This document shows positions 10,323-21,449 of a stretch of DNA of 64,000 nucleotides, piece by piece (positions within the stretch are counted from its first letter, which is position 1; every line of letters begins with the position of its first letter). Under the pieces are notes generated by a model that was not told the DNA's origin, did no database searches, and saw only the letters and a list, made by a program, of their open reading frames with translations. This DNA comes from a virus. The DNA lies in IMG/VR virus record IMGVR_UViG_3300031973_001557, positions 8,416 through 72,415 of that record. One strand, given 5' to 3'. A program made the position numbers and the translations under genes.

Positions 10323-10724
10323 ATGGCAGCAGGTAAATATAATTTTACAATTGAACAAGGAGCTACTACTAATTTTGAAATAGCTTATAAAGATTCTAAT
10401 AATAATCCTATAGATCTAACAAGCTACTCAGGAAGATTACAAATTAGATCTAATTTTGCAGATGATTCTGGAACTATTTTTTTAACTCTTTCTTCATCTA
10501 GAAATAGTGATGGTACAGGACTAAATTTTAGTGGATCTAATAGTATAACTCCACCAACTTCAGGTAGTATAGGTATTTTTATTGCTGCATGTACTAGCTC
10601 TACCTTAACATTTAATCAAGCTTTATATGATTTAGAAATATATAGTGGTAGTAGTGAATGTCCATTTACGGTTAGACTAATTCAAGGAACAGTAAAATTA
10701 AGTAAAGAAGTAACTAGAATATAA
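10323..10724 (+). CDS. virion structural adaptor (fibre-attachment-type beta protein)
   Basis: YNFTIEQGAT...PIDLTSYSGRLQIR...YDLEI...RLIQGTV pattern, common upstream of phage fibre genes. Confidence 0.55.
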   Translation: MAAGKYNFTIEQGATTNFEIAYKDSNNNPIDLTSYSGRLQIRSNFADDSGTIFLTLSSSRNSDGTGLNFSGSNSITPPTSGSIGIFIAACTSSTLTFNQALYDLEIYSGSSECPFTVRLIQGTVKLSKEVTRI

Positions 10725-12544
10725 TGTCTAATACAGTAAACGTAAATACTAATAATAATATAGTAACTGTTAATCAAGGGGCTACTGAAATAATTTCAGT
10801 TTCTACACCTGGACCTAGAGGAGTTAACGGACCAGCAGGACCAGCAGGACCTACAGGAAGTATTGATTCTGGATCATTTGCTACTACAGGTTCAAATGTG
10901 TTTATAGGAGATCAAACAATAACCGGGTCTTTATTAATATCAGGATCTTCTACTTTTACAAATATAGGTCCTGCTATATTTTCAGGATCTACTACTATAA
11001 CAGGTAGTTTAAATATTACCGGATCATTAACAATATCTGGTTCAGGAGATATAATTACTAGTGAAGATACAGGATCATTTGTTACTAATTCTCAGACTAG
11101 TTCGTTTGTAACTAACTCTCAAACAGGATCTTTTGCTACTACAGGGTCTAACTCATTTACTGGCAGTTTAGATGTAAGTGGAAGTTTAATCATAACAGGA
11201 TCTATACTAATATCAGGTTCAGGAGATATTATTACGAGTAATGATACAGGTTCGTTTGTAACTAATTCTCAAACTGGGTCTTTTGTAACTAATTCTCAAA
11301 CTGGGTCTTTTGCCACTACAGGCTCGAACTCATTTACTGGTAGTTTAGATATAAGTGGAAGTTTAACTATAACAGGATCATTAACAGTTTCGGGTTCAGG
11401 AACTTTTAATAATATTGGTCCTTTTAATCAAACAGGTGAATCATCATTTATTGGTAATATAACATCATCCGGTAATATTAGTGCAAGTGGAGATATAATA
11501 GGTGATACTATTAAAACAAATACTATAGATTCTCTAGGAAGTGGTTTTGTTAGCATTGTACCCATATCAAGTAGTCAAATGAAATTATCTGGTGTAGATG
11601 CTAACTCCGGTATATATTTTGCTAATCTTAGTGATAAACCTATTTTTCATACTTTTAATGATGTTTTAACTCTAGGCTCTCTTGTACATCAAACACCTAT
11701 CAAGTTACTATATGATGTAACTGCATCGGCAAACATAAGTGCAAGTGCAATTATACAAGCTGGAACAATTCAATCTAATGGTGTATCAACAGCTAAAACA
11801 AGAGTAATTATTGACCCAGGAACTGGGAATGGAGCACAGTTGGAAATGTCATCAGCTGGAAATCTAGCAATAGCTACTGATGAAGGAGGTACACTAACAT
11901 CTACTACTTTTCTTAGTAATAATGTTATAGCATCTAATAATATAAGTGCAAGTGGAGAAATGGCAGCCGATTCTTTTAGAATAGAAAATCGTGCATCAGG
12001 AGTTACTGCTGATTTAATAATAACAGGATCTACATTTGATGGAGATTCGAGAGATGTACAAATCATTTATCCTAGTCATGGATTACATTTTAATAGTGAT
12101 GCATCCCATAATCGCACATTAGCATTAGCAGGTCCTAATGTAGGAGTAAGAATACAACCAGATAGTAGCAAAGCAGCTTTAACTGTATCTGGTAGTATTA
12201 ACTTAATAGATGGTCATATAACAGCATCTGGTAACATAAGTGCAAGCGGTGATATAATAGCTAATAAAGTAACAGCTGATGTAGTTGATACTAGCTTTGA
12301 AACATTTTTAAATTTTGAAGCCGCTACCGCATTTACATTTATTGCTCCATTTCCTATGACTATAAACTTTACAGGTTCATCTACAAGTTCAATGGATTTA
12401 GCAGGATTTGTAACAGCAAGTGCTAATACAAGTTCTTTTTCTTCTCAACAAGTTATACCAATAACATTAAATAGATTTGATAAATTAAAAATAACTCCAT
12501 CATCATCTGGTTTATTTACTCTAAGTGGTTCTAGAATAATATGA
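10724..12544 (+). CDS. fibre shaft-like protein 1 (short collagen-like GPx segment, ITGSL / TASGNISASG repeats)
   Basis: GPRGVNGPAGPAGPTG followed by many TGS/SGS/SASG repeats. Confidence 0.7.
   Translation: MSNTVNVNTNNNIVTVNQGATEIISVSTPGPRGVNGPAGPAGPTGSIDSGSFATTGSNVFIGDQTITGSLLISGSSTFTNIGPAIFSGSTTITGSLNITGSLTISGSGDIITSEDTGSFVTNSQTSSFVTNSQTGSFATTGSNSFTGSLDVSGSLIITGSILISGSGDIITSNDTGSFVTNSQTGSFVTNSQTGSFATTGSNSFTGSLDISGSLTITGSLTVSGSGTFNNIGPFNQTGESSFIGNITSSGNISASGDIIGDTIKTNTIDSLGSGFVSIVPISSSQMKLSGVDANSGIYFANLSDKPIFHTFNDVLTLGSLVHQTPIKLLYDVTASANISASAIIQAGTIQSNGVSTAKTRVIIDPGTGNGAQLEMSSAGNLAIATDEGGTLTSTTFLSNNVIASNNISASGEMAADSFRIENRASGVTADLIITGSTFDGDSRDVQIIYPSHGLHFNSDASHNRTLALAGPNVGVRIQPDSSKAALTVSGSINLIDGHITASGNISASGDIIANKVTADVVDTSFETFLNFEAATAFTFIAPFPMTINFTGSSTSSMDLAGFVTASANTSSFSSQQVIPITLNRFDKLKITPSSSGLFTLSGSRII
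11042..11395 (+). repeat. about 177-bp (59-aa) tandem duplication within the fibre gene
   Basis: SGDIITSEDTGSFVTNSQTSSFVTNSQTGSFATTGSNSFTGSLDVSGSL at 11042 recurs as SGDIITSNDTGSFVTNSQTGSFVTNSQTGSFATTGSNSFTGSLDISGSL at 11219. Confidence 0.85.
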
Positions 12545-14592
12545 TACAATACATAAATATACCCGCACCCTCAACTGGAGGAGGATTTGATTTAACACTA
12601 TCTCAATCAGTAACTAGAAGTGTATATCTATCTGGTTCAGCTACCTTTACAGCTACTACTGATACAGCAGGAGTAACTTTAACAACAGCTGATTGGTATG
12701 ATAATGGAAAATATATAGGATCAGGATTAACTTTACCATATACATCTAGCTACCTTCTCGGTGATGTTGAAATAAAATGTGTAGCTTCTGATGGTACCTC
12801 AGCTGCATCAGGTTCATTTACTCATGAAGTAGTAGGTATAATTTATGATGATGTAAGACCTGATTGGCCTGATATTAAATCTCTTGTTAGTGACGGAGAT
12901 GAAAAAATTGTAATTCAATCAGCTGTTTTTGAAACAGGATCAAACTTTTTAGGATTTAGAGTACAAGGAGCTTATACTGTAGATTGGGGTGATGGAGTAA
13001 CAGAAAATTTTGCTGATGATGCTGATTGTGGTCATTTTTATACTTCATCGGATTTTCCTGCATCTAGCGGTTCTTCAAGAGGATACAAAGTAGCAACTGC
13101 AACTGTTACTCCTCAAGGAGGTCAACAATTAACTACATTTGAATTTGGTCCATTTGATCCACCATCACCAGCTGTTGCAGGTACAGTAAGTACAGCTTTA
13201 GATATTAGATTAGCTGGTGGTAACTTTACAAACGTTAGAGTAGAACAAGATGATCATATCCCAAGACCTATGCTTGAAAGAGTAGAATTTGTTGGTGATG
13301 GAGGAACTTTTGTAAATGCCGGTTTTGCAATTGCCTCAAATCCAGCACTCCTATACTTTAGAATGCCTAATCCTAATGCAACTAATCTACACTTAGATGC
13401 AGATTTTGCTTCTAATAATTCATTGCGTGCATGTACAATCGGTGACAGAGAATATAGACAAGATGTTTCCTCTGCTACAGGTTTAAATAGCACTTTTTCA
13501 AATAATCACTCTATGTACCATTATGATGGTCCTTCAGGTAGCTTAAGTGCATCTTCTGCTGATTCTTTACAAAGTTGTTTTGCAAATAATTATTCTTTAA
13601 GAAATGTAGGTAATATGGAGTTTACCTCATGTACATCTAATAATGCAACTTTTCAAAATTGTAATAATTTAGTAAAAATAGGTAATCAAACGGTTAATGA
13701 AAATGGAAGAGCTAATTCAGATGGTAAATTTGCATTTCCTAATTCAACTTCCACAGTCAATATGTTCAAAAGCTGTATTCAATTATCCTCTGACCTATTT
13801 CCACCTAATCTAGTATTTCCATCTGTTACTCAAGCAGATTCTATGTTTCAAGGATGCTCTTCATTAGAAGTATTTAGACCTAACCCTGAATTAATACCAT
13901 CTGCTATTGATATGTTAAGTTTATTCCAATCATGTCAAAAATTAACAACATTAGGACCATTAAACACCTCAGCTAATCAAAGAGCAACCACAATGTTTAG
14001 ATTCTGCAATAGTTTAAAAACTATAGAATCAATGTCATTTGCAAGTGTAGGAGCAAATAGTGCTGACTTAATGTTAGATGATGCTTTCGCTTTAGTAAAT
14101 ACTCCTGTTTTTGATTTTAATACTGCAACGGATTTATCTGATACATTTGAAACTTCTCAAATGCTACATAATGTAGGTGCTCCTCTTAGTATGAGTATGA
14201 ATAATAATACTAATTGTGATGATTTATTTAAAAATTCTACATATATTCAACATATTTATATTACAGGATCTAATAATGTAACTAATTGGAATGAAGCTTT
14301 TAGAGGCTGTGTAAATTTAGTAAAGTTAGAAGCAAATATGAGCTATACAGGAGCTTCCTTTACTGATACATTTGTTAGAGCCGATTCATTATCAGTAGTA
14401 GATATTCCAGGTATTTCAAATAATGTTGACTTTAGTGATTGTCATAGTATGACTAAAGAAGTATTAGATGGATTATTTCAAAGTTTAGCCACAGTATCAG
14501 GAAAAACAATAGATGTGAGTGGTACTGTAGGAGCTTCTACTTGTAATACATCAATAGCAACCAGTAAAGGTTGGACAGTTACAACATCTTAA
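12541..14592 (+). CDS. putative receptor-binding protein with BspA/DUF285-like leucine-rich repeats
   Basis: Repeated MFxxCxxL units (MFKSCIQL, MFQGCSSL, LFQSCQKL, MFRFCNSL, AFRGCVNL), PKD-like YTVDWGDG, C-terminal IATSKGWTV. Confidence 0.7.
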   Translation: MIQYINIPAPSTGGGFDLTLSQSVTRSVYLSGSATFTATTDTAGVTLTTADWYDNGKYIGSGLTLPYTSSYLLGDVEIKCVASDGTSAASGSFTHEVVGIIYDDVRPDWPDIKSLVSDGDEKIVIQSAVFETGSNFLGFRVQGAYTVDWGDGVTENFADDADCGHFYTSSDFPASSGSSRGYKVATATVTPQGGQQLTTFEFGPFDPPSPAVAGTVSTALDIRLAGGNFTNVRVEQDDHIPRPMLERVEFVGDGGTFVNAGFAIASNPALLYFRMPNPNATNLHLDADFASNNSLRACTIGDREYRQDVSSATGLNSTFSNNHSMYHYDGPSGSLSASSADSLQSCFANNYSLRNVGNMEFTSCTSNNATFQNCNNLVKIGNQTVNENGRANSDGKFAFPNSTSTVNMFKSCIQLSSDLFPPNLVFPSVTQADSMFQGCSSLEVFRPNPELIPSAIDMLSLFQSCQKLTTLGPLNTSANQRATTMFRFCNSLKTIESMSFASVGANSADLMLDDAFALVNTPVFDFNTATDLSDTFETSQMLHNVGAPLSMSMNNNTNCDDLFKNSTYIQHIYITGSNNVTNWNEAFRGCVNLVKLEANMSYTGASFTDTFVRADSLSVVDIPGISNNVDFSDCHSMTKEVLDGLFQSLATVSGKTIDVSGTVGASTCNTSIATSKGWTVTTS

Positions 14593-14604
14593 AATAAAAA
14601 AATT

Positions 14605-14820
14605 ATGCCAAAGTTTTATTCAGGATCAGCTTATTATAACTACGATAGTACAGAAGACTATTGGTGGACCGGTCATACAATATATGGACCTTACCAACAA
14701 TGGGAACTAACAGTTACAAATCATGAAGATCATTCCTATCCTTTTAATGGATGGACATGGTACGATACTGCACCATCAGAATATGTTACTTGGTATAGTG
14801 CTTCTTATATAGATGAATAA
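14605..14820 (+). CDS. small acidic aromatic-rich protein (fibre cassette 1, third gene)
   Basis: 71 aa, W/Y-rich, YPFNGWTWYD. Confidence 0.55.
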   Translation: MPKFYSGSAYYNYDSTEDYWWTGHTIYGPYQQWELTVTNHEDHSYPFNGWTWYDTAPSEYVTWYSASYIDE

Positions 14821-14864
14821 GTAATTGATTAAAATTTAGCTAACTATTTATAAAGAAAGATAGT

Positions 14865-16016
14865 ATGGCTAACATTCCTATATGGCCTGGTTCCTCATCC
14901 TTTGCGGCCGGCGAAACACCTTTTGGATTTTACGATTTAGATCCAGACTTTCAAACTGATGCTGATAAAGTAGCTACGTTTGTAACTCGAAGATTAGGGT
15001 ATCCTTTAATGGATGTTGAGCTTCAAGAAATTAGTATTTATGCAGCTTTCGAAGAAGCTGTAACTACCTATGGTAATGAATTATATGCTTATAAAGTAAG
15101 AGAAAATTATTTATATACTGAAGGAAATTCTACGTCTATTACAGCAAATAATAAACTAGTCTCTCCGAATATGGGTACTACTATTCGACTCTCTCAGCAA
15201 TATGGAGAAGAAGCAGGTATTGGTGGAGATGTAAAATTTCACACTGGTTCAATAGATTTAGTACGAGGAAAACAATATTATAATTTAGATGATTTTGCTA
15301 CAAAAGAAGGATTACAAACATATGATTTAGAAATAAAAAGAGTTTATTATGAAGCTCCTCCTGCAGTAACAAGATTTTTCGATCCTTATGCAGGTTCAGG
15401 AACTGGTATGATAAATATGTTAGATTCATTTGGATTTGGTCAATTCTCTCCTGCTATTAATTTTTTATTAATGCCAGTATCATTTGATATGCAGAGAATA
15501 CAAGCTATTGAATTTAACGATCAAGTAAGAAAATCGCAATATTCTTTTAATATAGTTGGTAATGAGTTACAGATATTTCCAATACCTAATGGATCAGTTT
15601 CTAAATTATATTTAAAATACATAAAAAAATCAGATAGAAATAATCCATATAAAAACCCACAAGGGGAAGGTGTTATTACTGATGTATCTAAAGTACCTTA
15701 TCAAAACCCTGAATATACATTAATAAATTCTATAGGTAGAAAATGGATATTTGATTATTCTTTAGCATTATGTAAGGAAATGTTAGGATATATTAGAGGA
15801 AAATATCAAGTAGTACCAATACCTAATGCTGATACTACTTTAAATCACGGTGATTTAATTACAGCAGCTACAGCAGAAAAAAATGCTCTTGTAGAAAGAT
15901 TAAGAGCATATTTTGAAGAAACTTCAAGAGAAAAATTATTAGAAAGAAAAAATTTAGAAGCAGATGCTATAAATAAAGATTTAGGATATTCACCTTACGT
16001 AATTTATATAGGATAA
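14865..16016 (+). CDS. neck protein (T4 gp13-like)
   Basis: RRLGYPLMDVEL N-terminal motif; WIFDYSLALCKEMLGYIRGKY and TLNHGDLI C-terminal motifs. Confidence 0.8.
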   Translation: MANIPIWPGSSSFAAGETPFGFYDLDPDFQTDADKVATFVTRRLGYPLMDVELQEISIYAAFEEAVTTYGNELYAYKVRENYLYTEGNSTSITANNKLVSPNMGTTIRLSQQYGEEAGIGGDVKFHTGSIDLVRGKQYYNLDDFATKEGLQTYDLEIKRVYYEAPPAVTRFFDPYAGSGTGMINMLDSFGFGQFSPAINFLLMPVSFDMQRIQAIEFNDQVRKSQYSFNIVGNELQIFPIPNGSVSKLYLKYIKKSDRNNPYKNPQGEGVITDVSKVPYQNPEYTLINSIGRKWIFDYSLALCKEMLGYIRGKYQVVPIPNADTTLNHGDLITAATAEKNALVERLRAYFEETSREKLLERKNLEADAINKDLGYSPYVIYIG

Positions 16017-16017
16017 T

Positions 16018-16533
16018 ATGGCAATATTTGGTAGAGATAGAGATGTATCATTATTTCGTAACATTAATAAAGAATTACTTAGAGATGTTATCACACAACA
16101 GTGTGCATATTATAAGTTTAGATTAGATGAAACAAAAGTTAATATTTACGGAGAATCAGCTGGAGTAAAATATTATAATGAACCAGTATTATTAAACTGT
16201 TTAATTAATAGATCTGATCAAGAATTTACTAGTGGTGATTTTGGAGTGGATCACAATCAAAATATAGAATTTTATTTTTATAGACAATTTTTACAAGATG
16301 CTAATTTAGTAGTACAACCTGGAGATATTATTCAATATTATGAAGATTATTTTGAAGTACATGATGTGGTAGATAATCAATTATTTGTTGGTAAAGATCC
16401 ATCTTTTCCTTATAATACTAATCCATGGAATCCAGGATTAGAAAATTTTGGTCAAAATGTATCCGTAATAGCTAAAACATTTTATATACCTGCTGATAAA
16501 GTACAAATAACATTAGAAAGAGGAAATGCCTGA
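16018..16533 (+). CDS. neck/head-closure protein (T4 gp14-like)
   Basis: NIYGES, QPGDII...YFEV motifs; follows the gp13-like gene. Confidence 0.7.
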   Translation: MAIFGRDRDVSLFRNINKELLRDVITQQCAYYKFRLDETKVNIYGESAGVKYYNEPVLLNCLINRSDQEFTSGDFGVDHNQNIEFYFYRQFLQDANLVVQPGDIIQYYEDYFEVHDVVDNQLFVGKDPSFPYNTNPWNPGLENFGQNVSVIAKTFYIPADKVQITLERGNA

Positions 16534-17419
16534 TTATAGAAAACCAATACCGAAAACACAAAAAGAGATATCTAAAAATCTTCAACAACCATATAATGAT
16601 GGAGAAGGAAGATTTATAGGTCAAAATCCTAATTTTCCATCTAATCCTAACGAACTTGAATCAGGTAAAAACTTTAATAGAGCGGAAAAAACATCGTTTA
16701 AAAATGATACATCTAAAATACAAACTATTAGTATTCAAGACATTGATGAAGCTATAATGTATTATTTTGAAAACGTAATTAAACCAAGAGTAATTCAAAA
16801 TGGTAATACAGTTAAAGTACCAATAATATATGGAGCTCCTGAGAGATGGAAATCTATACAAAAAGATGGATTTTATAGGGATAAAAAAGGTGCTATAATG
16901 TACCCACTAATTATGTTTAAAAGAACATCGGTACAAAAAAATAAAAATTTAACTAATAAATTAGATTCTAATAATCCTAATGTATATACTTTTACACAAG
17001 ATAATTATACTCAAAGAAATTTTTATTCAAATTTTAATGTATTAAATAATAGAATACCACAAAAAGTTAAACGTGCAATAGTAGTTCCTGACTACGTAAA
17101 GTTAGTTTATCAATGTGCAATACAAACTTACTATGTAGAACAATTAAATAAAATAATTGAAGATATTAATTATGCTTCTTATTCATATTGGGGAGACCAA
17201 GAAAGATTTAAATTTATATCAGCTATAGATAGCTTTGAAATAGTAACAGAATTAAATACAGGTCAAGAAAGGGCTGTAAAATCAACCTTTCAATTAACTA
17301 TGGATGGTTATTTAATACCTGATAATATACAAAAAGATACTGCTTCGATAAAAAAATATTCTGATAAATCCTCAGTTACATTTAATATGGAAACTGTTAA
17401 AAATATAAATGAAATTTAG
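16526..17419 (+). CDS. tail terminator / sheath stabiliser (T4 gp15-like)
   Basis: VKVPIIYGAPERWK motif, EQLNKIIE; gp13-14-15 synteny. Confidence 0.75.
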   Translation: MPDYRKPIPKTQKEISKNLQQPYNDGEGRFIGQNPNFPSNPNELESGKNFNRAEKTSFKNDTSKIQTISIQDIDEAIMYYFENVIKPRVIQNGNTVKVPIIYGAPERWKSIQKDGFYRDKKGAIMYPLIMFKRTSVQKNKNLTNKLDSNNPNVYTFTQDNYTQRNFYSNFNVLNNRIPQKVKRAIVVPDYVKLVYQCAIQTYYVEQLNKIIEDINYASYSYWGDQERFKFISAIDSFEIVTELNTGQERAVKSTFQLTMDGYLIPDNIQKDTASIKKYSDKSSVTFNMETVKNINEI

Positions 17420-17421
17420 TT

Positions 17422-18204
17422 ATGGCTCGAATAAAAGTTTCTAGACCTGCTATAATTGATACCCCTGCATCTTTTACTGATTTAACAGCTACAGGTGATC
17501 TAACTATTTTAGGATCAGCATCATTTAGCGGATCATTTACTTTTTCAGGTAGTTTTGATGGAGGTAATGCTACTTTTAATAATATTACAGCATCTGGTAA
17601 TATAAGCGCAAGTAGTACTGGTTCATTTGCACATGTACAACTACCAGGACAAGGTAAAATAGCATTTGATAATACCAGTCCTTCAGACCAATTTATTACT
17701 GGGTATGATGATCTTATACAGATAGATGCTGATCAAAATTTAGATTTATTAGCACGCACTCATATAAAACATAATACACCATTAGTGATAAGTAGAACCA
17801 ATGGAACTGTGTATAATTTTACTGGTTCTATGAATATAACTTCTAGTACCCCTGGGAGTCTTAACGCATCATTAAATGTAGAAGGACCTATTACTTCATC
17901 TATACTAAAAGCTAATACTAGTACTCAATTAACATTAAGCTCTTCTTTTAGTACTACTTTAAATTTTAGTATTAATAGAATAATGATAACTCATTCAGTA
18001 CAACCATTAACAATGTCTATTGATTCAGATCTTGCTGTATTAGGAAATGTTATAATGACTGACATATCCGCCTCAGGTTTAGATTTACCTTCCTCAGATT
18101 TTAAAGTTTTAAATGGTACATTTGATACTACTAAAAGAAATTATGTGTATTATCATTATATAGGAAACGATACAGCATTAGTTACAATTAATCAGGAGTC
18201 ATAA
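17422..18204 (+). CDS. fibre shaft-like protein 2
   Basis: ITASGNISASSTGSF and other [ST]-[GAS]-S repeats shared with 10724 and 19436. Confidence 0.6.
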   Translation: MARIKVSRPAIIDTPASFTDLTATGDLTILGSASFSGSFTFSGSFDGGNATFNNITASGNISASSTGSFAHVQLPGQGKIAFDNTSPSDQFITGYDDLIQIDADQNLDLLARTHIKHNTPLVISRTNGTVYNFTGSMNITSSTPGSLNASLNVEGPITSSILKANTSTQLTLSSSFSTTLNFSINRIMITHSVQPLTMSIDSDLAVLGNVIMTDISASGLDLPSSDFKVLNGTFDTTKRNYVYYHYIGNDTALVTINQES

Positions 18205-19118
18205 TGTCAATGATAGCTGCATTTTTTAGTTCAACTGCTGCAGTAGCAGGACAAACTTTTTTATTAGATCAATTTGGAGATAATATAAGAGTAGCTTATT
18301 CTGTTAGAAAACTATCTTCTACATATTCTGGTGCTGCAATGAGAGTCCGTGAAACTGGATTTAATACTGAAACTGATATTGGATTTGACTCAAATGGAGA
18401 TTTAGACACAACAGCTTTATTAGCTCATTGTGCATCTAATGGAGAAGGAAGAATAGTTACATGGTATGATCAAAGCGGTAATGGGATAGATGTTACTCAA
18501 GGAACTGCAGACAGACAACCAGTAATAGTAACAGGTAATGCGGTAGTTACAGTTAATGGTAAACCAGCAGGCTTTAGAGATACTACTTCACATTTTTTAG
18601 AAAGTAGTGCTAATGCACAATTAGTAAATGCATCCGATGCCTCTAATACTTCAATTGGGGTAGTAAAATATTCATCAAGTTACAGAACGTGCGCTTTAGG
18701 ACAGGATAAAGCAGGAACGAGTGGAAGAGTAGGACAATTTATTCGTAATGGACATACCAATAATGTAAATAAACTAAGAGTAGTATATTTTACAAATAAT
18801 GGGATTAGTTCATTCCTTATAGATACAGCAGCTAATTCAGCATATATTGGTAATCAAATACTTCAAGTTGGGTTCAGTGAAGGAAATAGCACCAAAACAA
18901 TAGGTATTCGATATAATGGTAGTCAAGTAGTTACATCTACAACATCCGGAACTATATTTAGTGGTGCTCTGCATGTTTTTCTATTTGATAATGGTAGAAA
19001 TGCTCCTTCTGATGGTTCAGATCATCATATTCAAGAAATATTATCATACGATACTCTTAAATCAGATATAGCAGATATAGAAACTAATATTAATTCATAC
19101 TTTTCAATATACTCATAA
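18204..19118 (+). CDS. putative receptor-binding protein (concanavalin/LamG-like, AYSVRKL...WYDQSGNG family)
   Basis: AYSVRKLSSTYSGAAMRVR, ETDIGF, VTWYDQSGNG, QEILSY...IETNINSYF. Confidence 0.65.
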   Translation: MSMIAAFFSSTAAVAGQTFLLDQFGDNIRVAYSVRKLSSTYSGAAMRVRETGFNTETDIGFDSNGDLDTTALLAHCASNGEGRIVTWYDQSGNGIDVTQGTADRQPVIVTGNAVVTVNGKPAGFRDTTSHFLESSANAQLVNASDASNTSIGVVKYSSSYRTCALGQDKAGTSGRVGQFIRNGHTNNVNKLRVVYFTNNGISSFLIDTAANSAYIGNQILQVGFSEGNSTKTIGIRYNGSQVVTSTTSGTIFSGALHVFLFDNGRNAPSDGSDHHIQEILSYDTLKSDIADIETNINSYFSIYS

Positions 19119-19121
19119 ATT

Positions 19122-19409
19122 ATGCACATATATTACGAATATCCTAATTCATCCTCAGCCTATGAGGCATCATCTCAAATTTATGATTTGAATACATCTT
19201 CTTTACAACCACATGGAACTTATTATGCATATAGTATTTGTACACAAACTGGAAGTGATCCGAGATGTTTAGTAATGTATACAGATAATGAATATTTTGA
19301 TACTGGTTCCGTATTTGATGGAGTATCTACTCTGACTAATCAACAAGCTATTGAACAAGGTTATTTTGTATCTGGTTCCCCTGCTTATGATGATGGAGGA
19401 ATAGATTAA
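19122..19409 (+). CDS. small acidic protein (fibre cassette 2, third gene)
   Basis: 95 aa, Y-rich and acidic, several TGS/SGS/SSS. Confidence 0.55.
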   Translation: MHIYYEYPNSSSAYEASSQIYDLNTSSLQPHGTYYAYSICTQTGSDPRCLVMYTDNEYFDTGSVFDGVSTLTNQQAIEQGYFVSGSPAYDDGGID

Positions 19410-19435
19410 TTTTATAACTATTTATAAATAAAGTA

Positions 19436-20743
19436 ATGGCCAAACAATTATCAAAAACTGGTATACTTGATGGACAATTAGCAACTGCTGCACAAGTAAC
19501 ACAATCCATAGATGCATTAACAGGCGCTGATGGATATGATATTACAATATCAGGATCTCTAACCGTAACAGGATCTACTGATTTAAATGGTAATTTAGCT
19601 ATTACAGGATTTCCAAATGTTTCAGCATCTCTTGCAGCATCTGGTGTTGGTAATGGATTTCCATTTACTGGATCAGCTGAAATAACAGGGTCTTTAAATA
19701 TAGTAGGAAATATAACAGCATCTGGTAATATAAGTTCAAGTGGAGATATATTTGCTAATGATATTACCTTAGAAGCAAATGGTATATCTGATAAACCTAA
19801 TGTAATATTACAAAGAGGTGCTATTCAAGGAATTACTCTTGAAATGGGTAGTGGTGGTAATGATAATGGTCTTCTTCGAGTTAATAATACTTCTGGTTTA
19901 CCTATGATAAGACTTGAAGGTGGAGGTAATAGCTTCTTTTCACAATCACTTAATGTAGGTGTACCATATTCGTATCCTGAACCCGTAGGTGGTACATTTA
20001 CTGTAAGAGGTACTATAAGCTCGAGTGGAGCTATTAATACATTATCAGATATAACTTCATCAGGAAATATAGTATTTGCAGGTAATATAAGTGGTAGTGG
20101 AACTAATTCTTCATATTTTGGAGATGAATATAATGCACATGGTGGAGATGGAAATTCAGGATTTACATTATTATCTTTAGGTAATAAACCTAGTATCTTT
20201 GCTTCAGGAACCTCTGTTTTTGTAGGTAATTCAGCTAATACTACACAAACAGGCATAAATTTAGTAGGACAAGTAACAGCATCTGGTAATATAAGTGCAA
20301 GTGGAGACATAATTGGAAATAATGGATCTTTTTCTACATCCGTAACTACTCCAGAAATTTCTGGGAATACAGAAATTACAGGTGATCTACAAGTAGTAAA
20401 TATTACTGCAACTCATATCACAGCATCAGGTCATGGATTATTTCAAGCAGGTAAACCTATTATTACACATACAACACATTTATCTGCATCCATATCTCAA
20501 GCTGGATTTTATAATATAGTAGGAGGACAATTTACATGCTCTATTACAATATCAAGTGCACCTGTAGGAGCTGAATATGAATTTTTTCAAACTTCTTCTG
20601 CTGGAAACTTTTTCTTTCATACTGGATCAGGAATTACGTTAATATCTAAAAATAATAGCTTAAGACTAGCCCAACAAGGATCATCAGCAGTACTTAAAAA
20701 AGTAGCTACTGATACTTTCCATTTAATGGGTGATTTAACATAA
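19436..20743 (+). CDS. fibre shaft-like protein 3
   Basis: FPFTGSAEITGSL, TASGNISSSG repeats; C-terminal LAQQGSSAVLKKVATDTFHLMGDLT adaptor-like domain. Confidence 0.65.
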   Translation: MAKQLSKTGILDGQLATAAQVTQSIDALTGADGYDITISGSLTVTGSTDLNGNLAITGFPNVSASLAASGVGNGFPFTGSAEITGSLNIVGNITASGNISSSGDIFANDITLEANGISDKPNVILQRGAIQGITLEMGSGGNDNGLLRVNNTSGLPMIRLEGGGNSFFSQSLNVGVPYSYPEPVGGTFTVRGTISSSGAINTLSDITSSGNIVFAGNISGSGTNSSYFGDEYNAHGGDGNSGFTLLSLGNKPSIFASGTSVFVGNSANTTQTGINLVGQVTASGNISASGDIIGNNGSFSTSVTTPEISGNTEITGDLQVVNITATHITASGHGLFQAGKPIITHTTHLSASISQAGFYNIVGGQFTCSITISSAPVGAEYEFFQTSSAGNFFFHTGSGITLISKNNSLRLAQQGSSAVLKKVATDTFHLMGDLT

Positions 20744-20747
20744 TTAA

Positions 20748-21449
20748 ATGAGTAAGATAGGCGCAATAGCACAATCAGATACTTCCATTATAACTGATGG
20801 GTTAATATATAATTTGGACTTTTCCAAGTTCTCGTGCTTTCCAAGAACAGGTACTACTGTTACAGATTTAGAAGAATCATTAACTGCAACTATTGCAAAT
20901 GGAGCATCATTCACTTCCAATGATTTAGGAGCTTGTGATTTTGATGCTGTAGATGATCAAATTGCTATCAATCCTCCGCCTGGCATACTTGAATCATATC
21001 CATTATCCATTGAAGTATGGTTCAAGTCTGGAAATAACAATACAGGTATAGTTTCAAAGGGTAGGACAAGAGGAAGTGCTAGTCAAAGAGATTTAGATAT
21101 AACAGGTACTGGAACTGATATAAGATTTCTAATTAGTAATGGTTCAGGATATAATTTCATACTGGATGCTACTTATCCATCTTTAAATGTATGGCATCAT
21201 TTAGTATGCATGTGGGATGGAACAACAACAACAAATGGCGCAAAAATGTATTTAGATGGCTCTTTATATGCTCAAGCAACTTCAACGGGTACAAGTTTTG
21301 CTACAGGAGATGGTATATACATAGGCGGTAACAGATCAGGTTTCTTTTTTGATGGACCGATTGCTGTGACAAGATTCTATAACAAATCTCTTTCAGCAGA
21401 TGAAGTATCCATTAATTATAATGCGTTAAAAGAAAGATTTGGGCTATGA
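20748..21449 (+). CDS. LamG/concanavalin A-like receptor-binding protein
   Basis: ITDGLIYNLDF, FDAVDD, SIEVWFK, WHHLVCMWDG...MYLDG, FDGPIAVTRFYNKSLSADEV. Confidence 0.8.
   Translation: MSKIGAIAQSDTSIITDGLIYNLDFSKFSCFPRTGTTVTDLEESLTATIANGASFTSNDLGACDFDAVDDQIAINPPPGILESYPLSIEVWFKSGNNNTGIVSKGRTRGSASQRDLDITGTGTDIRFLISNGSGYNFILDATYPSLNVWHHLVCMWDGTTTTNGAKMYLDGSLYAQATSTGTSFATGDGIYIGGNRSGFFFDGPIAVTRFYNKSLSADEVSINYNALKERFGL

Noticed and set aside
11042-11395. CRISPR array or DGR template/variable repeat
   Set aside because: The repeats are in-frame coding duplications with mostly synonymous differences. There are no spacers, no adenine-specific variation and no reverse transcriptase in the window.
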